Shown: positions 17,276 to 25,823 of the stretch, one piece after another
Numbering within the stretch: the stretch's first letter is position 1
Layout: each line of letters begins with the position of its first letter
From: Eubacteriales bacterium
GTDB lineage: Bacteria; Bacillota; Clostridia; Christensenellales; JAWKQI01
Direction: 5' to 3'
Assembly: GCA_041390245.1 (NCBI GenBank)
Contig: JAWKQI010000006.1
Span: 19,968-83,967, forward strand
Length of the DNA: 64,000 nucleotides
Notes under the pieces: model-generated
Told to the model about the DNA's origin: nothing
What the model saw: the letters and a program-made list of their open reading frames with translations, nothing else
The model's database searches: none
Position numbers and translations under genes: made by a program

Positions 17276-18571
17276 CTATGTAAAATCAGTAATAAACTGA
17301 TGAATTGTCTTTTCCATTTTACCTGCCATATAAAGGGACCCGCAGACAACTATGGCTCCGCCCTTCCCACAATACTCATAAGCGATTTTTATTGCTTCCA
17401 TATAATCGTCGCTTTTAGCTATATTGTTTAAATATTTAGCGGCAACTCTAGCTAAATCAGTGTTTTTAAGCGCCCTGCCGCTTTCCGGCTCAACGGCTAT
17501 GAACATATTGCAAAGCGGAGCAATCATTGATACAGACGTCTCAAAATCTTTGTCTTCGAGCATTCCCATTACAACTGCAATACACCTTCCTTTAAGGCTA
17601 GTTTTAATAGTTGCGGCAAGAGTTCTTACTCCATCCGGGTTATGGGCTCCATCTAGCAAGATATAGGGTTTTTTAAAAAGGACTTCCTGCCTTGCCGGTA
17701 AAGACGTGTTCTTTATCCCGTAAACTATATCTTCGTCTTTAACTTTCATATCCCTATGCTCACGCAAGGTAAGTATAGTTTCTACAGCTGTCATAGCGTT
17801 ATAAATCTGGTGTTTTCCTATTAAAGGTATATACAGGTTAATATCATCATAAACGATTTGAGCGCCGTCTAAATCAGCGGCTTTTTTAAACGTTAACTTT
17901 TTATCTGGCACAACAAACAAGTTGTTTTTTAAAAGCGCAGTTTCTTTAATCACCCTAAAGGCTTCTTCATTTTGCAGAGGATAAGATATAGTAATGCCAT
18001 CAGGCTTGATAATTCCGCACTTTTCGTATGCGATCTTTTTAATAGTGTCCCCTAAAACATCAGTATGGTCAAGGGATATGGATGTAATAACACATGCAAG
18101 CGGGTTTCTTATTACATTCGTGGCATCCAGACGGCCGCCTAAACCAACTTCCAATACAACTATATCACAACCGGCTTTACTGAACAATAAGAAAGCGGCC
18201 GCTGTTAATATTTCAAATTCCGTAGCGTTTAATAGACCTTGAGGCATGCTTTCTAACTTATCTTTTACCAAGGATACCGCATCCGCAAACAAGCCCTCAG
18301 ATGCCGTTTTGCCGTTTATCTTTATGCTGTCTGCATAGCTATCCAAATAAGGCGACACAAATAGCCCCGTCTTATATCCAGCCGTACGCAGTATTGAAGC
18401 TATCATGCTGCATGTGCTTCCCTTGCCGTTTGTTCCGGCAACGTGTATACAATTATAAGTATCCTGCGGGTTTCCTAAAAGTTCGCATAGTTTAGAAATG
18501 TTTTCAAGCCCAGGTTTTGAGCCAAATCTATTTGTAGACTTTATAAACTCAATTGCTTCATCGTATGTCAA
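17276..18571 (-). CDS. folC: Bifunctional folylpolyglutamate synthase / dihydrofolate synthase
   Basis: 431 aa. Mur-ligase P-loop HVAGTNGKGST. FolC-typical length. Confidence 0.88.
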   Translation of the reverse strand: MTYDEAIEFIKSTNRFGSKPGLENISKLCELLGNPQDTYNCIHVAGTNGKGSTCSMIASILRTAGYKTGLFVSPYLDSYADSIKINGKTASEGLFADAVSLVKDKLESMPQGLLNATEFEILTAAAFLLFSKAGCDIVVLEVGLGGRLDATNVIRNPLACVITSISLDHTDVLGDTIKKIAYEKCGIIKPDGITISYPLQNEEAFRVIKETALLKNNLFVVPDKKLTFKKAADLDGAQIVYDDINLYIPLIGKHQIYNAMTAVETILTLREHRDMKVKDEDIVYGIKNTSLPARQEVLFKKPYILLDGAHNPDGVRTLAATIKTSLKGRCIAVVMGMLEDKDFETSVSMIAPLCNMFIAVEPESGRALKNTDLARVAAKYLNNIAKSDDYMEAIKIAYEYCGKGGAIVVCGSLYMAGKMEKTIHQFITDFT

Positions 18572-18633
18572 TTTATACCCCCGTAAATCGCATTAAAAGT
18601 ACATTTTTAATATGTAAAATTTAACACTATTAC

Positions 18634-18662
18634 ATTCTAAACTGGGTGATTTAAGTTGTCAA
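18634..18662 (-). promoter_or_regulatory. Promoter of folC
   Basis: - strand TTGACA, 17 nt, TAGAAT. Confidence 0.45.
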
Positions 18663-18676
18663 TTCTTATAAGTCCT

Positions 18677-20125
18677 TTAAGTCAATTCTTTTTCTAAATT
18701 TTCTTGCGCCGGGTTATCTATTAGTTCTCCATTGTAATTATATCGCGATCCGTGACAGGGGCAGTCCCAGCTGTTTTCATCTGGGTTCCATTCAAGCTGA
18801 CAGCCCAAATGGCTGCACTTTGTAGATACTATAAAAACTTCCCCCTGCTCATCTTTATAAACGCCGGCTTTATGTCCGTTATATTCAACTATTCCCCCGT
18901 GATTTCTAGGCAGTTCATCGATCTTTTCCTTTGGAAGTTTAAACGCCTCTTTTATAAGCCCCTTAGCGGACTTTATCGTATCTTCTGCCAATGTCTTAAT
19001 AGATGCAGAGAATTCAAACCTTTGCGGCGAAAACGCCTCGGCATATTGGTTTTCTTTTCCTGATATCATATCAGATATAATCATTGCCGATACCATCGAG
19101 GTTGTCATTCCCCACTTTTTAAACCCAGTTGCTACATACCAGCTATCTTCAGAAGAGGAATACTTTCCTATATACGGTACTCCGTCCAATGTGATGCAGT
19201 CCTGTGCGGACCATGCTGCAACTTCGCTGCTTTTAGGGTAGATTTCCTCTGCTAGCGTCCTTAACTTATCATATTTCCCGCCGACAGAGTTTTCGCCGGT
19301 TCTGTGTCCTCCGCCTCCTAGTATCAGATATTTGCCGCTGCTTCTAAACGAAAAACTATTGCCCTTATCAATACCTAGATACATACCGTCGGGTAGAGGC
19401 GCATTTTTTAAAGCCATGGCATAGGATCGTTCCTGGTGCATACGCATAAAATAGTATCCGGGTGCATTAATAAATGGATAATGTGTTGCAAACACTATCT
19501 TTTCAGCGTTTATAGTGCCTTTATCCGTAAGGATTTTATTCCCTTCAACAGTCTTTGCCATCGTATCCTCATAAATAGTGACCTTGTCTGCAATTGCCTT
19601 TAAGAACTTAAGGGGATGAAACTGGGCCTGAGAATTAAATTTTAAAGCCGCCTTAACCTTGAATGGCAAAGTGACGTCTTTAACTATTTCGGCATCTATA
19701 CCAAGTTTTTGCGCCGCTTTGCACTCTTTCTCAAGAGGCTCTTCTTCGATAGTAGAATAAAGATATGCTGCCTTGTTTTCAAACATACAATCTATATTTT
19801 CCTCTTCTATTATACGTCTAAACTCATTAATGGCTTTTTCGTTGGCAATAGCATACTTACCTGCTTTTTCTTCTCCGAAATCCTCAATTAACTTATTATA
19901 GATAAGATTATGCTGTGATGTGATTTTAGCTGTTGTATTTTTCGTCTGCCCGCTTCCTATTTGGCTACCTTCAATTAAAACGACGTCTACCCCACTACGT
20001 TTTAAAAAATATGCGGTTAAAACTCCTGCCATGCCACCACCTATAACAGCAACATCTGCTTTTAAATTGCCGGCTAAAGCTTCCCGCCTGCCAATATCTG
20101 TTGTTTTTGTCCAAATAGATTCCAT
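18677..20125 (-). CDS. FAD-dependent oxidoreductase with C-terminal Rieske [2Fe-2S] domain (YhfW-like)
   Basis: 482 aa. N-terminal VAVIGGGMAG dinucleotide fold. C-terminal CSHLGC...CPCHGS Rieske motif. Confidence 0.8.
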   Translation of the reverse strand: MESIWTKTTDIGRREALAGNLKADVAVIGGGMAGVLTAYFLKRSGVDVVLIEGSQIGSGQTKNTTAKITSQHNLIYNKLIEDFGEEKAGKYAIANEKAINEFRRIIEEENIDCMFENKAAYLYSTIEEEPLEKECKAAQKLGIDAEIVKDVTLPFKVKAALKFNSQAQFHPLKFLKAIADKVTIYEDTMAKTVEGNKILTDKGTINAEKIVFATHYPFINAPGYYFMRMHQERSYAMALKNAPLPDGMYLGIDKGNSFSFRSSGKYLILGGGGHRTGENSVGGKYDKLRTLAEEIYPKSSEVAAWSAQDCITLDGVPYIGKYSSSEDSWYVATGFKKWGMTTSMVSAMIISDMISGKENQYAEAFSPQRFEFSASIKTLAEDTIKSAKGLIKEAFKLPKEKIDELPRNHGGIVEYNGHKAGVYKDEQGEVFIVSTKCSHLGCQLEWNPDENSWDCPCHGSRYNYNGELIDNPAQENLEKELT

Positions 20126-20199
20126 ATACTCACCTCATCACTATGGTGTGCATATTTTACAATATTAAACATAATTTGTTGCCTATAATATTAAACTTT

Positions 20200-20239
20200 A
20201 TAAAAACCAAAGCGGCTGCTAAAATTAGCAGCCGCTTTG
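20200..20239 (-). terminator. Intrinsic terminator after the peroxiredoxin-rubredoxin unit
   Basis: 13-bp stem CAAAGCGGCTGCT/AGCAGCCGCTTTG, followed on the - strand by GTTTTTAT. Confidence 0.7.
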
Positions 20240-20269
20240 TATACTAAATAATTTCCTAAATTGATTAAA

Positions 20270-20428
20270 TTAATCAATCAATGTAAAAGCATCTTTTGAA
20301 AGTCCGCATACCGGACATACCCAATCTTCTGGCAAGTCTTCAAATGCAGTGCCCGGTGCAATCCCGTTGTCCGGGTCTCCGAGTTCAGGGTCGTATATAT
20401 ATCCGCATGCACATTCATATTTTTTCAT
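20270..20428 (-). CDS. Rubredoxin (52 aa), absent from the ORF track
   Basis: Own translation gives [52 protein letters not shown]. This is a near-textbook rubredoxin, except that the first knuckle reads C-A-C-G instead of C-x-x-C-G. Confidence 0.85.
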   Translation of the reverse strand: MKKYECACGYIYDPELGDPDNGIAPGTAFEDLPEDWVCPVCGLSKDAFTLID

Positions 20429-20460
20429 ATACATTTCTCCTTTTTAAAGTAATTGCCAAA

Positions 20461-21138
20461 CTATTTACTCTCACGTTTAAAGCACATAAACCAATCTAGG
20501 CAATACTTGTCTTTATCCGTATTTTCCATTCTCTCTTTAGCAGCTCCGCATGAACCCGCAGTTGGTACGATAACGTCATTTCCCGGTCTCCAGTCTGCCG
20601 GAGTTGCAACGCCGTCTTTATCTGCCTTTTGAAGAGCTAAGATTATCCTCTTTATTTCATCGAAGTTTCTTCCTGTAGTAAGCGGATAGTATAGTATTGT
20701 CCTTATCTTTGCTTTCGGATCTATAACGAAAACTGCTCTTACAGCCTGAGTACTGGATTGATTAGGCTGGATCATTCCAAACTTGTTGGCAACTTCCATT
20801 TTAATGTCTTCTATAAGTGGGAATTTTACTTCAATATCTTTCTTTCCGTTCCAGTTAAGCTCTTTTATCTTTCTAAGCCACGCAATATGAGCATAAAGAG
20901 AATCTACTGACAGCCCAATTAGCTCAGTGTTAAGTTCCTTAAACTCATCTGCCATCGATGCAAAAGTCATAAATTCAGTTGTACATACCGGCGTAAAGTC
21001 TGCCGGGTGTGAAAAAAGTATAACCCATTTCCCTTTGTAATCATCTGGAAAATTGATTGGTCCTTGTGTCGTTACGGCTTTAAATGAAGGTGCGCTATCA
21101 CCTATAAGCGGCATTTTGTATACATTGGTTTCTTCCAT
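20461..21138 (-). CDS. Peroxiredoxin (Prx6/1-Cys-like AhpC/TSA family)
   Basis: Active-site motif FSHPADFTPVCTTE. Start moved to MEETNVYK (ATG at 21138, AAGGAGG 8 nt upstream). Confidence 0.88.
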   Translation of the reverse strand: MEETNVYKMPLIGDSAPSFKAVTTQGPINFPDDYKGKWVILFSHPADFTPVCTTEFMTFASMADEFKELNTELIGLSVDSLYAHIAWLRKIKELNWNGKKDIEVKFPLIEDIKMEVANKFGMIQPNQSSTQAVRAVFVIDPKAKIRTILYYPLTTGRNFDEIKRIILALQKADKDGVATPADWRPGNDVIVPTAGSCGAAKERMENTDKDKYCLDWFMCFKRESK

Positions 21139-21216
21139 TATGGTATCCTCCTTAATATTTTTTAATACCAACTATTTTAATTGATATCTAAATCTTATCG
21201 TTAAAAACGACGTTCC

Positions 21217-21232
21217 TCCGTGATTAAATCAC
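21217..21232 (-). promoter_or_regulatory. Candidate Crp/Fnr-type operator upstream of peroxiredoxin-rubredoxin
   Basis: The - strand reads GTGATTTAATCACGGA, with inverted repeat GTGAT-N3-ATCAC. A near-identical motif sits upstream of trxA. It lies 22 nt upstream of a TAAGAT -10-like hexamer. Confidence 0.4.
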
Positions 21233-21259
21233 TTTTTAAAAATTATTTCGTAAGATCCC

Positions 21260-21925
21260 TTAATTTTTGCTCATCAATATCTTTATACCCCCGCGAGACA
21301 CCTCAACTATACCTTCATTTGCAAAATAATGAAGCATTCTGGTAACGACTTCACGTGCACTGCCTATATATTTAGCTACCTGCTCATGTGTAAGCTTGAT
21401 AACATTGTCTTTATCTTTTATTTTTATATATTCATCAAATAAAAAAGTCGCCAGCCTCTTATCAAAACTCATAAACAATATCTGTTCAAATGCCCACATA
21501 ACGTCTGAAAAGCGTTCCGTCGCTATCTTATGCGCAAAATTTTCAACGTATATATTGCTGCTCGCAAGTTTTGCAAAAGCTGTCGACCCTAGTAAGAATA
21601 TTTCACAATCCGTTTCCGCATCTATATTTACATCAAATGTAACAGAATCTAAAATACATGCAGCTGATAAAACACATACTTCCCCTTCATTTAACCTGAA
21701 AAGCGTTATTTCCTTGCCTTCGTTTGAAAGCATATAAGTTCTTATAGTCCCGTTTCTAATGAGTATCAACCCTAGGCAATCATCATCTCCGCCGTGCAGT
21801 GTTGTACCACTCTCGTACTTTAAATCTAAAACATTGTTCATGAAAAATTCTTGTTCATTAGAACTTAATTTATCCCAAAATGGAATATACTGCTTTAGTT
21901 CTTCGCGATAATTGCTGTCGACCAT
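21260..21925 (-). CDS. Crp/Fnr-family transcriptional regulator
   Basis: 221 aa. N-terminal cNMP-binding-like beta-roll. C-terminal HTH THEQVAKYIGSAREVVTRML. Confidence 0.85.
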   Translation of the reverse strand: MVDSNYREELKQYIPFWDKLSSNEQEFFMNNVLDLKYESGTTLHGGDDDCLGLILIRNGTIRTYMLSNEGKEITLFRLNEGEVCVLSAACILDSVTFDVNIDAETDCEIFLLGSTAFAKLASSNIYVENFAHKIATERFSDVMWAFEQILFMSFDKRLATFLFDEYIKIKDKDNVIKLTHEQVAKYIGSAREVVTRMLHYFANEGIVEVSRGGIKILMSKN

Positions 21926-21953
21926 ATAATACCCCCCCGAAATTATAAAATTT

Positions 21954-22793
21954 TTATTTTTTTATCAGCTTATCAAAAGAATCCGCTAGTACGTCAAGCC
22001 AATCTCCATTAAAAAGTTCAATCATTCCGCTGTCGCAAGCTGCAGCCAGCTTAGGATCTATAGGTAACTTTGCTATTATATCAATACCGTGTTCTTTTGC
22101 TATTTCGTCTATGTGGCTTTCCCCAAATATTTTCTGCTCGCTGCCACAATCAGAGCATTTAAAATATGACATGTTTTCTACGATACCAAGGACTGGTATG
22201 TTCATCATCTCCGCCATCCTAACAGCTTTAGACACTATCATAGATACCAATTCCTGCGGTGATGTTACTACAATTATACCATCAACCGGAATAGATTGGA
22301 ATACAGTTAATGGGATATCACCTGTTCCCGGCGGCATATCGATAAACATAAAGTCTACATCGTTCCAAATTACGTCTGTCCAGAACTGTTTTACTGTTCC
22401 CGCGATTATAGGCCCTCTCCATATAACCGGATCTTTTTCATTTTTTAACAATAAATTTATAGACATAATTTCTATGCCTGTTTTGCTATTTACAGGGAAA
22501 ATACCTGTTTCGCTCCCTGTTGCTTTTTCCTTCAGCCCAAAAGCCTTTGGAATAGATGGTCCCGTTACATCGGCATCTAGTATAGCGGTCTTATATCCAC
22601 GCCTTTGCATAAGTACAGCTAGCATAGAAGTTACAATAGATTTACCTACGCCGCCTTTTCCGCTTACTACGCCTATTACTTTTTTTATATGGCTCATCTC
22701 ATGCGGGCTTTCAATTAAACTATCGTTCTGTTCTTTCCTGTCTGCACAATTCTCTTTGCAGGAACTACAATCGTTATTGCATGTTTCACTCAT
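21954..22793 (-). CDS. Mrp/NBP35 (ApbC-type) iron-sulfur cluster carrier ATPase
   Basis: 279 aa. Walker A SGKGGVGKS. Cys-rich N-terminus CNNDCSSCKENC. CxxC motif (FKCSDCG). Confidence 0.85.
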   Translation of the reverse strand: MSETCNNDCSSCKENCADRKEQNDSLIESPHEMSHIKKVIGVVSGKGGVGKSIVTSMLAVLMQRRGYKTAILDADVTGPSIPKAFGLKEKATGSETGIFPVNSKTGIEIMSINLLLKNEKDPVIWRGPIIAGTVKQFWTDVIWNDVDFMFIDMPPGTGDIPLTVFQSIPVDGIIVVTSPQELVSMIVSKAVRMAEMMNIPVLGIVENMSYFKCSDCGSEQKIFGESHIDEIAKEHGIDIIAKLPIDPKLAAACDSGMIELFNGDWLDVLADSFDKLIKK

Positions 22794-22978
22794 TTTAATT
22801 TCTCCTTATAATCTATTTGATAAGACCGGTTTAAAACCAGTTACCTGTTTAGTTAAGTATATGTTTCATATATTATAGCATATCCACCCACAATTTGGAT
22901 ATTCCATAAGCTTTCTTATTCATAAATATCAAGCTTACATTTATTTAAAATTATAGTTTCTATACGCCTGCATTTTTT

Positions 22979-23006
22979 ATTATATTAGGTTATTGGCATA
23001 TGTCAA
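22979..23006 (-). promoter_or_regulatory. Promoter upstream of mrp/apbC-crp
   Basis: - strand TTGACA, 16 nt, TATAAT. 22 of 28 positions are identical to the promoter at 14405-14432. Confidence 0.5.
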
Positions 23007-23027
23007 CAACCTAAATTTCTGCAAAGC

Positions 23028-23056
23028 GCAAGGCCCGTTTAAAAAACGGGCCTTGC
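23028..23056 (-). terminator. Hairpin downstream of trxA (weak terminator candidate)
   Basis: GCAAGGCCCGTT/AACGGGCCTTGC 12-bp stem. The T-tract lies mostly in the loop, so it is not canonical. Confidence 0.35.
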
Positions 23057-23203
23057 TCCAATCCTAATCCTTCTGTATATTATTTTGTATCGAGCTATTA
23101 CCTAATAAATATTTATATATCTATTTTGGAAATGCTCTCTAACGCGAAGATGTATATATATTTATTTCCTTATTTTTAATACTCTTATACCTTCTTTCTT
23201 TAA

Positions 23204-23518
23204 TTACACTTTAGTCATAGCTAGAAGTTCATGTTTACCTTTAACGCCAACAGAACGTGCTTTCTCTTTTCCATCCTTAATGATAACAACTGTAGGGATG
23301 CTCATAACTCCATATTTCATAGCTAGTTCCGGTTGTTCATCAACATTGATCTTACCAACTTTAAGTTCGGAATGATCTTCTGAAGCTATGGTTTCAATGG
23401 TCGGAGTGAGCATTCTGCACGGTCCACACCATGAGGCCCAGAAATCGACCATCCAAGTTTTACCGCTGTTTATCACTTCAGAGTTAAAGTTGTCTTTCGT
23501 AAGTTTGATCGCCGACAT
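23204..23518 (-). CDS. trxA: Thioredoxin
   Basis: 104 aa with the WCGPC active site. Confidence 0.93.
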   Translation of the reverse strand: MSAIKLTKDNFNSEVINSGKTWMVDFWASWCGPCRMLTPTIETIASEDHSELKVGKINVDEQPELAMKYGVMSIPTVVIIKDGKEKARSVGVKGKHELLAMTKV

Positions 23519-23574
23519 AATTTTAACCTCCTTGTTTGTTATGTTTGAATTATAACCTCATACATAAAACCTAT

Positions 23575-23590
23575 TCCGTGATTAAGTTAC
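23575..23590 (-). promoter_or_regulatory. Candidate Crp/Fnr-type operator upstream of trxA
   Basis: The - strand reads GTAACTTAATCACGGA. Its 3' end lies 23 nt upstream of a TATAAT, placing the centre near -41.5. Confidence 0.4.
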
Positions 23591-23629
23591 AATAAATAAA
23601 ATTATTTAAATAACGTCAAAATATCCCTA

Positions 23630-23672
23630 TTTTAAATAAAAAGTGCCTTTGCAGAGTAACTACAAAAGCACT
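23630..23672 (-). terminator. Intrinsic terminator after the FAS/alpha-oxoamine synthase operon
   Basis: - strand AGTGCTTTTG...CAAAGGCACT stem followed by TTTTATTT. Confidence 0.65.
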
Positions 23673-23699
23673 TTAAAATACTTTAAAATTAAAACTTTA

Positions 23700-24875
23700 T
23701 TATACCTTTGAAAAAACTTCTTTGAATATGCTGGCTGCATGGTCTATCTGCTCCTTTGTATGTGTCGCAGTATAACTTGTACGTAACAAGCATTCATTTT
23801 CGTGAACTGCCGGAGCAACCACCGGGTTTACATATACGCCCCCCTCGAATAGCATCTTAGCTATAATGAACGTACGCTGGGTGGTGTATGTATATACCGG
23901 GATTATAGCCGTCTCACCATCCATTATCGGTATATTTGCCTCTTTTAATTTTTCTCTCATATAATTTGAAATATCATATAAATTTTTTTGCCTCTCCGGC
24001 TCTTTTTTTATAATATCAAGAGCTTCAAGCGCAGCTGCTGCAGATGCCGGAGGTATCGATGCGCTGAATATAAACGGCCTGGATGTATGCTTTATAAAAT
24101 TGACCACTTCCTTGCTAGTTGCAATGATGCCGCCAAGAGATCCAAACGCTTTTGAAAAAGTTGTCATTATTATATCAGTCTCATCCTCCAGCCCATAATA
24201 CGAAGCGGTACCGCGTCCGTTTTTTCCTATCATTCCAGCACCGTGCGCATCATCTACCATTACTCTTGCTCCATATTTTTTAGCTAAACGTATGATATGA
24301 GGAAGGTTGGCAATATCTCCTCCCATTGAGAATACGCCGTCTGTAACAATTAGCTTTCCGTTTTCTGCCGGCAGGTTTTTAAGCTTTTCTTCCAGGCTAT
24401 CCATGTCGTTGTGGCGGTATTTTATAGTCTTTTTACAAAAACTAAGCCTTGTAGCGTCAACTATGCTTGCATGGTTCTCAGCATCGCTTAAAATATAGTC
24501 ATGCATGCCCATCAAGGCTGAAACCGTGCCTAAATTTGTTTGGAACCCCGTGCTGAAACTAAGTGCCGCAGGTTTGTTGAAAAACTTGGCGAACTCTTCT
24601 TCAAGCTCCTCATGTAACTTAAGCGTTCCGTTCAAGAACCTAGAACCTGAGCACCCTGTCCCGTATTTTTCAATTGCAGTAATTGCCGCATGTTTTAATC
24701 GTTCGTCGCTGACAAGCCCCATATAGTTATTAGACCCAAGCATGATGATCCTTTTCCCATCCATAAAGACTTCTGTATCCTGTGCGGTTGAAAGCGCATG
24801 AAAATAAGGATATAAACCTGCTTCTTTTGCTTTTTGGGGCGCATCATATCGAAAACATTTTTCAAATAAATCCAT
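23700..24875 (-). CDS. PLP-dependent alpha-oxoamine synthase family enzyme (BioF/Kbl/serine-palmitoyltransferase-like)
   Basis: PLP-lysine context TFSKAFGSLGG. Also GTGCSGSRFLNGT and DDAHG. Start moved to MDLFEKC (ATG at 24875, AAAGGAG upstream). Confidence 0.8.
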   Translation of the reverse strand: MDLFEKCFRYDAPQKAKEAGLYPYFHALSTAQDTEVFMDGKRIIMLGSNNYMGLVSDERLKHAAITAIEKYGTGCSGSRFLNGTLKLHEELEEEFAKFFNKPAALSFSTGFQTNLGTVSALMGMHDYILSDAENHASIVDATRLSFCKKTIKYRHNDMDSLEEKLKNLPAENGKLIVTDGVFSMGGDIANLPHIIRLAKKYGARVMVDDAHGAGMIGKNGRGTASYYGLEDETDIIMTTFSKAFGSLGGIIATSKEVVNFIKHTSRPFIFSASIPPASAAAALEALDIIKKEPERQKNLYDISNYMREKLKEANIPIMDGETAIIPVYTYTTQRTFIIAKMLFEGGVYVNPVVAPAVHENECLLRTSYTATHTKEQIDHAASIFKEVFSKV

Positions 24876-24959
24876 TAAATCTCCTTTTTGCGGCAATAGA
24901 TTAACTGATACTTTGCCGCTGCATATATTAAAACATGCTTTTAAAAACAGTTATAAAAA

Positions 24960-25823
24960 TCACTTTTTAAAGTCTCTTGACATTTCAAGTTCATTTAATC
25001 GGCTGTTTGCTTCAAGCCAAATGGTCCCTATAACATCAAGGCCTAAATGTATCCCTAAAACCGGCCCTATTTGCCTTAATTGTACCGGCTTTGAACATTT
25101 TTCCTCCAAAGCTTTTGCTATGCTTTCCGCCTCTTTTCGTTCACAAGCATACTGAACCATAATCTCTTCGGCATCGGCTGGGACAGATTTAATAAGTGAA
25201 AGCCTCTGTTCGTTTCTTCCGCGTGCTACACCGCATGTCACAACTGCACCTTCCTTGCATGTAAACAGCGGCCTTAAGTTTAAAATAGTCCCTATAGATT
25301 GCCTCACCGGGCCTAACCTCCCGCTACGTCTTAAAGGCATCATATCCGCAACAGAAAATACTACTCTAACTCTATCTCTCATGTGCATCATTGCCTTTGC
25401 AACCTGATCCAGTGAATACCCAAGGTCAATAAGCCTTCTGGCTTCTTTAATCATTATAAGTATACCGCCAGCTGAGGATTGCGTGTCTATAACGCGTATA
25501 CCTTCTCCGCCTAATTCCCTCGCACACATGGAAGCATTTCCAAAAGTACCGCTTAAACGTGAGGAGATGTTTAAGCAAAGTATCTCGTGGGATAAGTTTC
25601 TAAGTCCTGAAAATATCCTTAAAAAAGTAGCGGCGGATGACTGAGATGTATGCAATTCTTTTGTGCCCGCAATCAGCTCGGTATAATTCCCGTTTTCATT
25701 TACGAAGCGCTCTGTATACATAGTACCTGCAACCGTATACGTCATCGGGACACATACCACGCCCAGCTTTCTCGCTTCCTGGCGCGTGATACAAGCAGAA
25801 CTGTCTGTTACAATTACAATCAA
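24960..25823 (-). CDS. DegV-family fatty-acid-binding protein
   Basis: 287 aa. N-terminus IVIVTDSSACI is typical of DegV. Overlaps the accA end by 4 nt. Confidence 0.8.
   Translation of the reverse strand: MIVIVTDSSACITRQEARKLGVVCVPMTYTVAGTMYTERFVNENGNYTELIAGTKELHTSQSSAATFLRIFSGLRNLSHEILCLNISSRLSGTFGNASMCARELGGEGIRVIDTQSSAGGILIMIKEARRLIDLGYSLDQVAKAMMHMRDRVRVVFSVADMMPLRRSGRLGPVRQSIGTILNLRPLFTCKEGAVVTCGVARGRNEQRLSLIKSVPADAEEIMVQYACERKEAESIAKALEEKCSKPVQLRQIGPVLGIHLGLDVIGTIWLEANSRLNELEMSRDFKK

Noticed and set aside
20296-20499. 67-aa + strand ORF between the peroxiredoxin and FAD/Rieske genes
   Set aside because: The opposite strand encodes a near-textbook rubredoxin (20270-20428). The + strand ORF is its antisense shadow.
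22111-22878. 255-aa + strand ORF
   Set aside because: It is entirely antisense to the well-supported Mrp/ApbC gene, has low-complexity composition, and has no RBS or recognisable motif. It is a shadow ORF. The same reasoning applies to 30200-30919 (antisense to fabF), 13648-14109, 28196-28666, 49709-50197, 51371-51826, 52280-52705, 62259-62696 and the other short antisense ORFs in the track.
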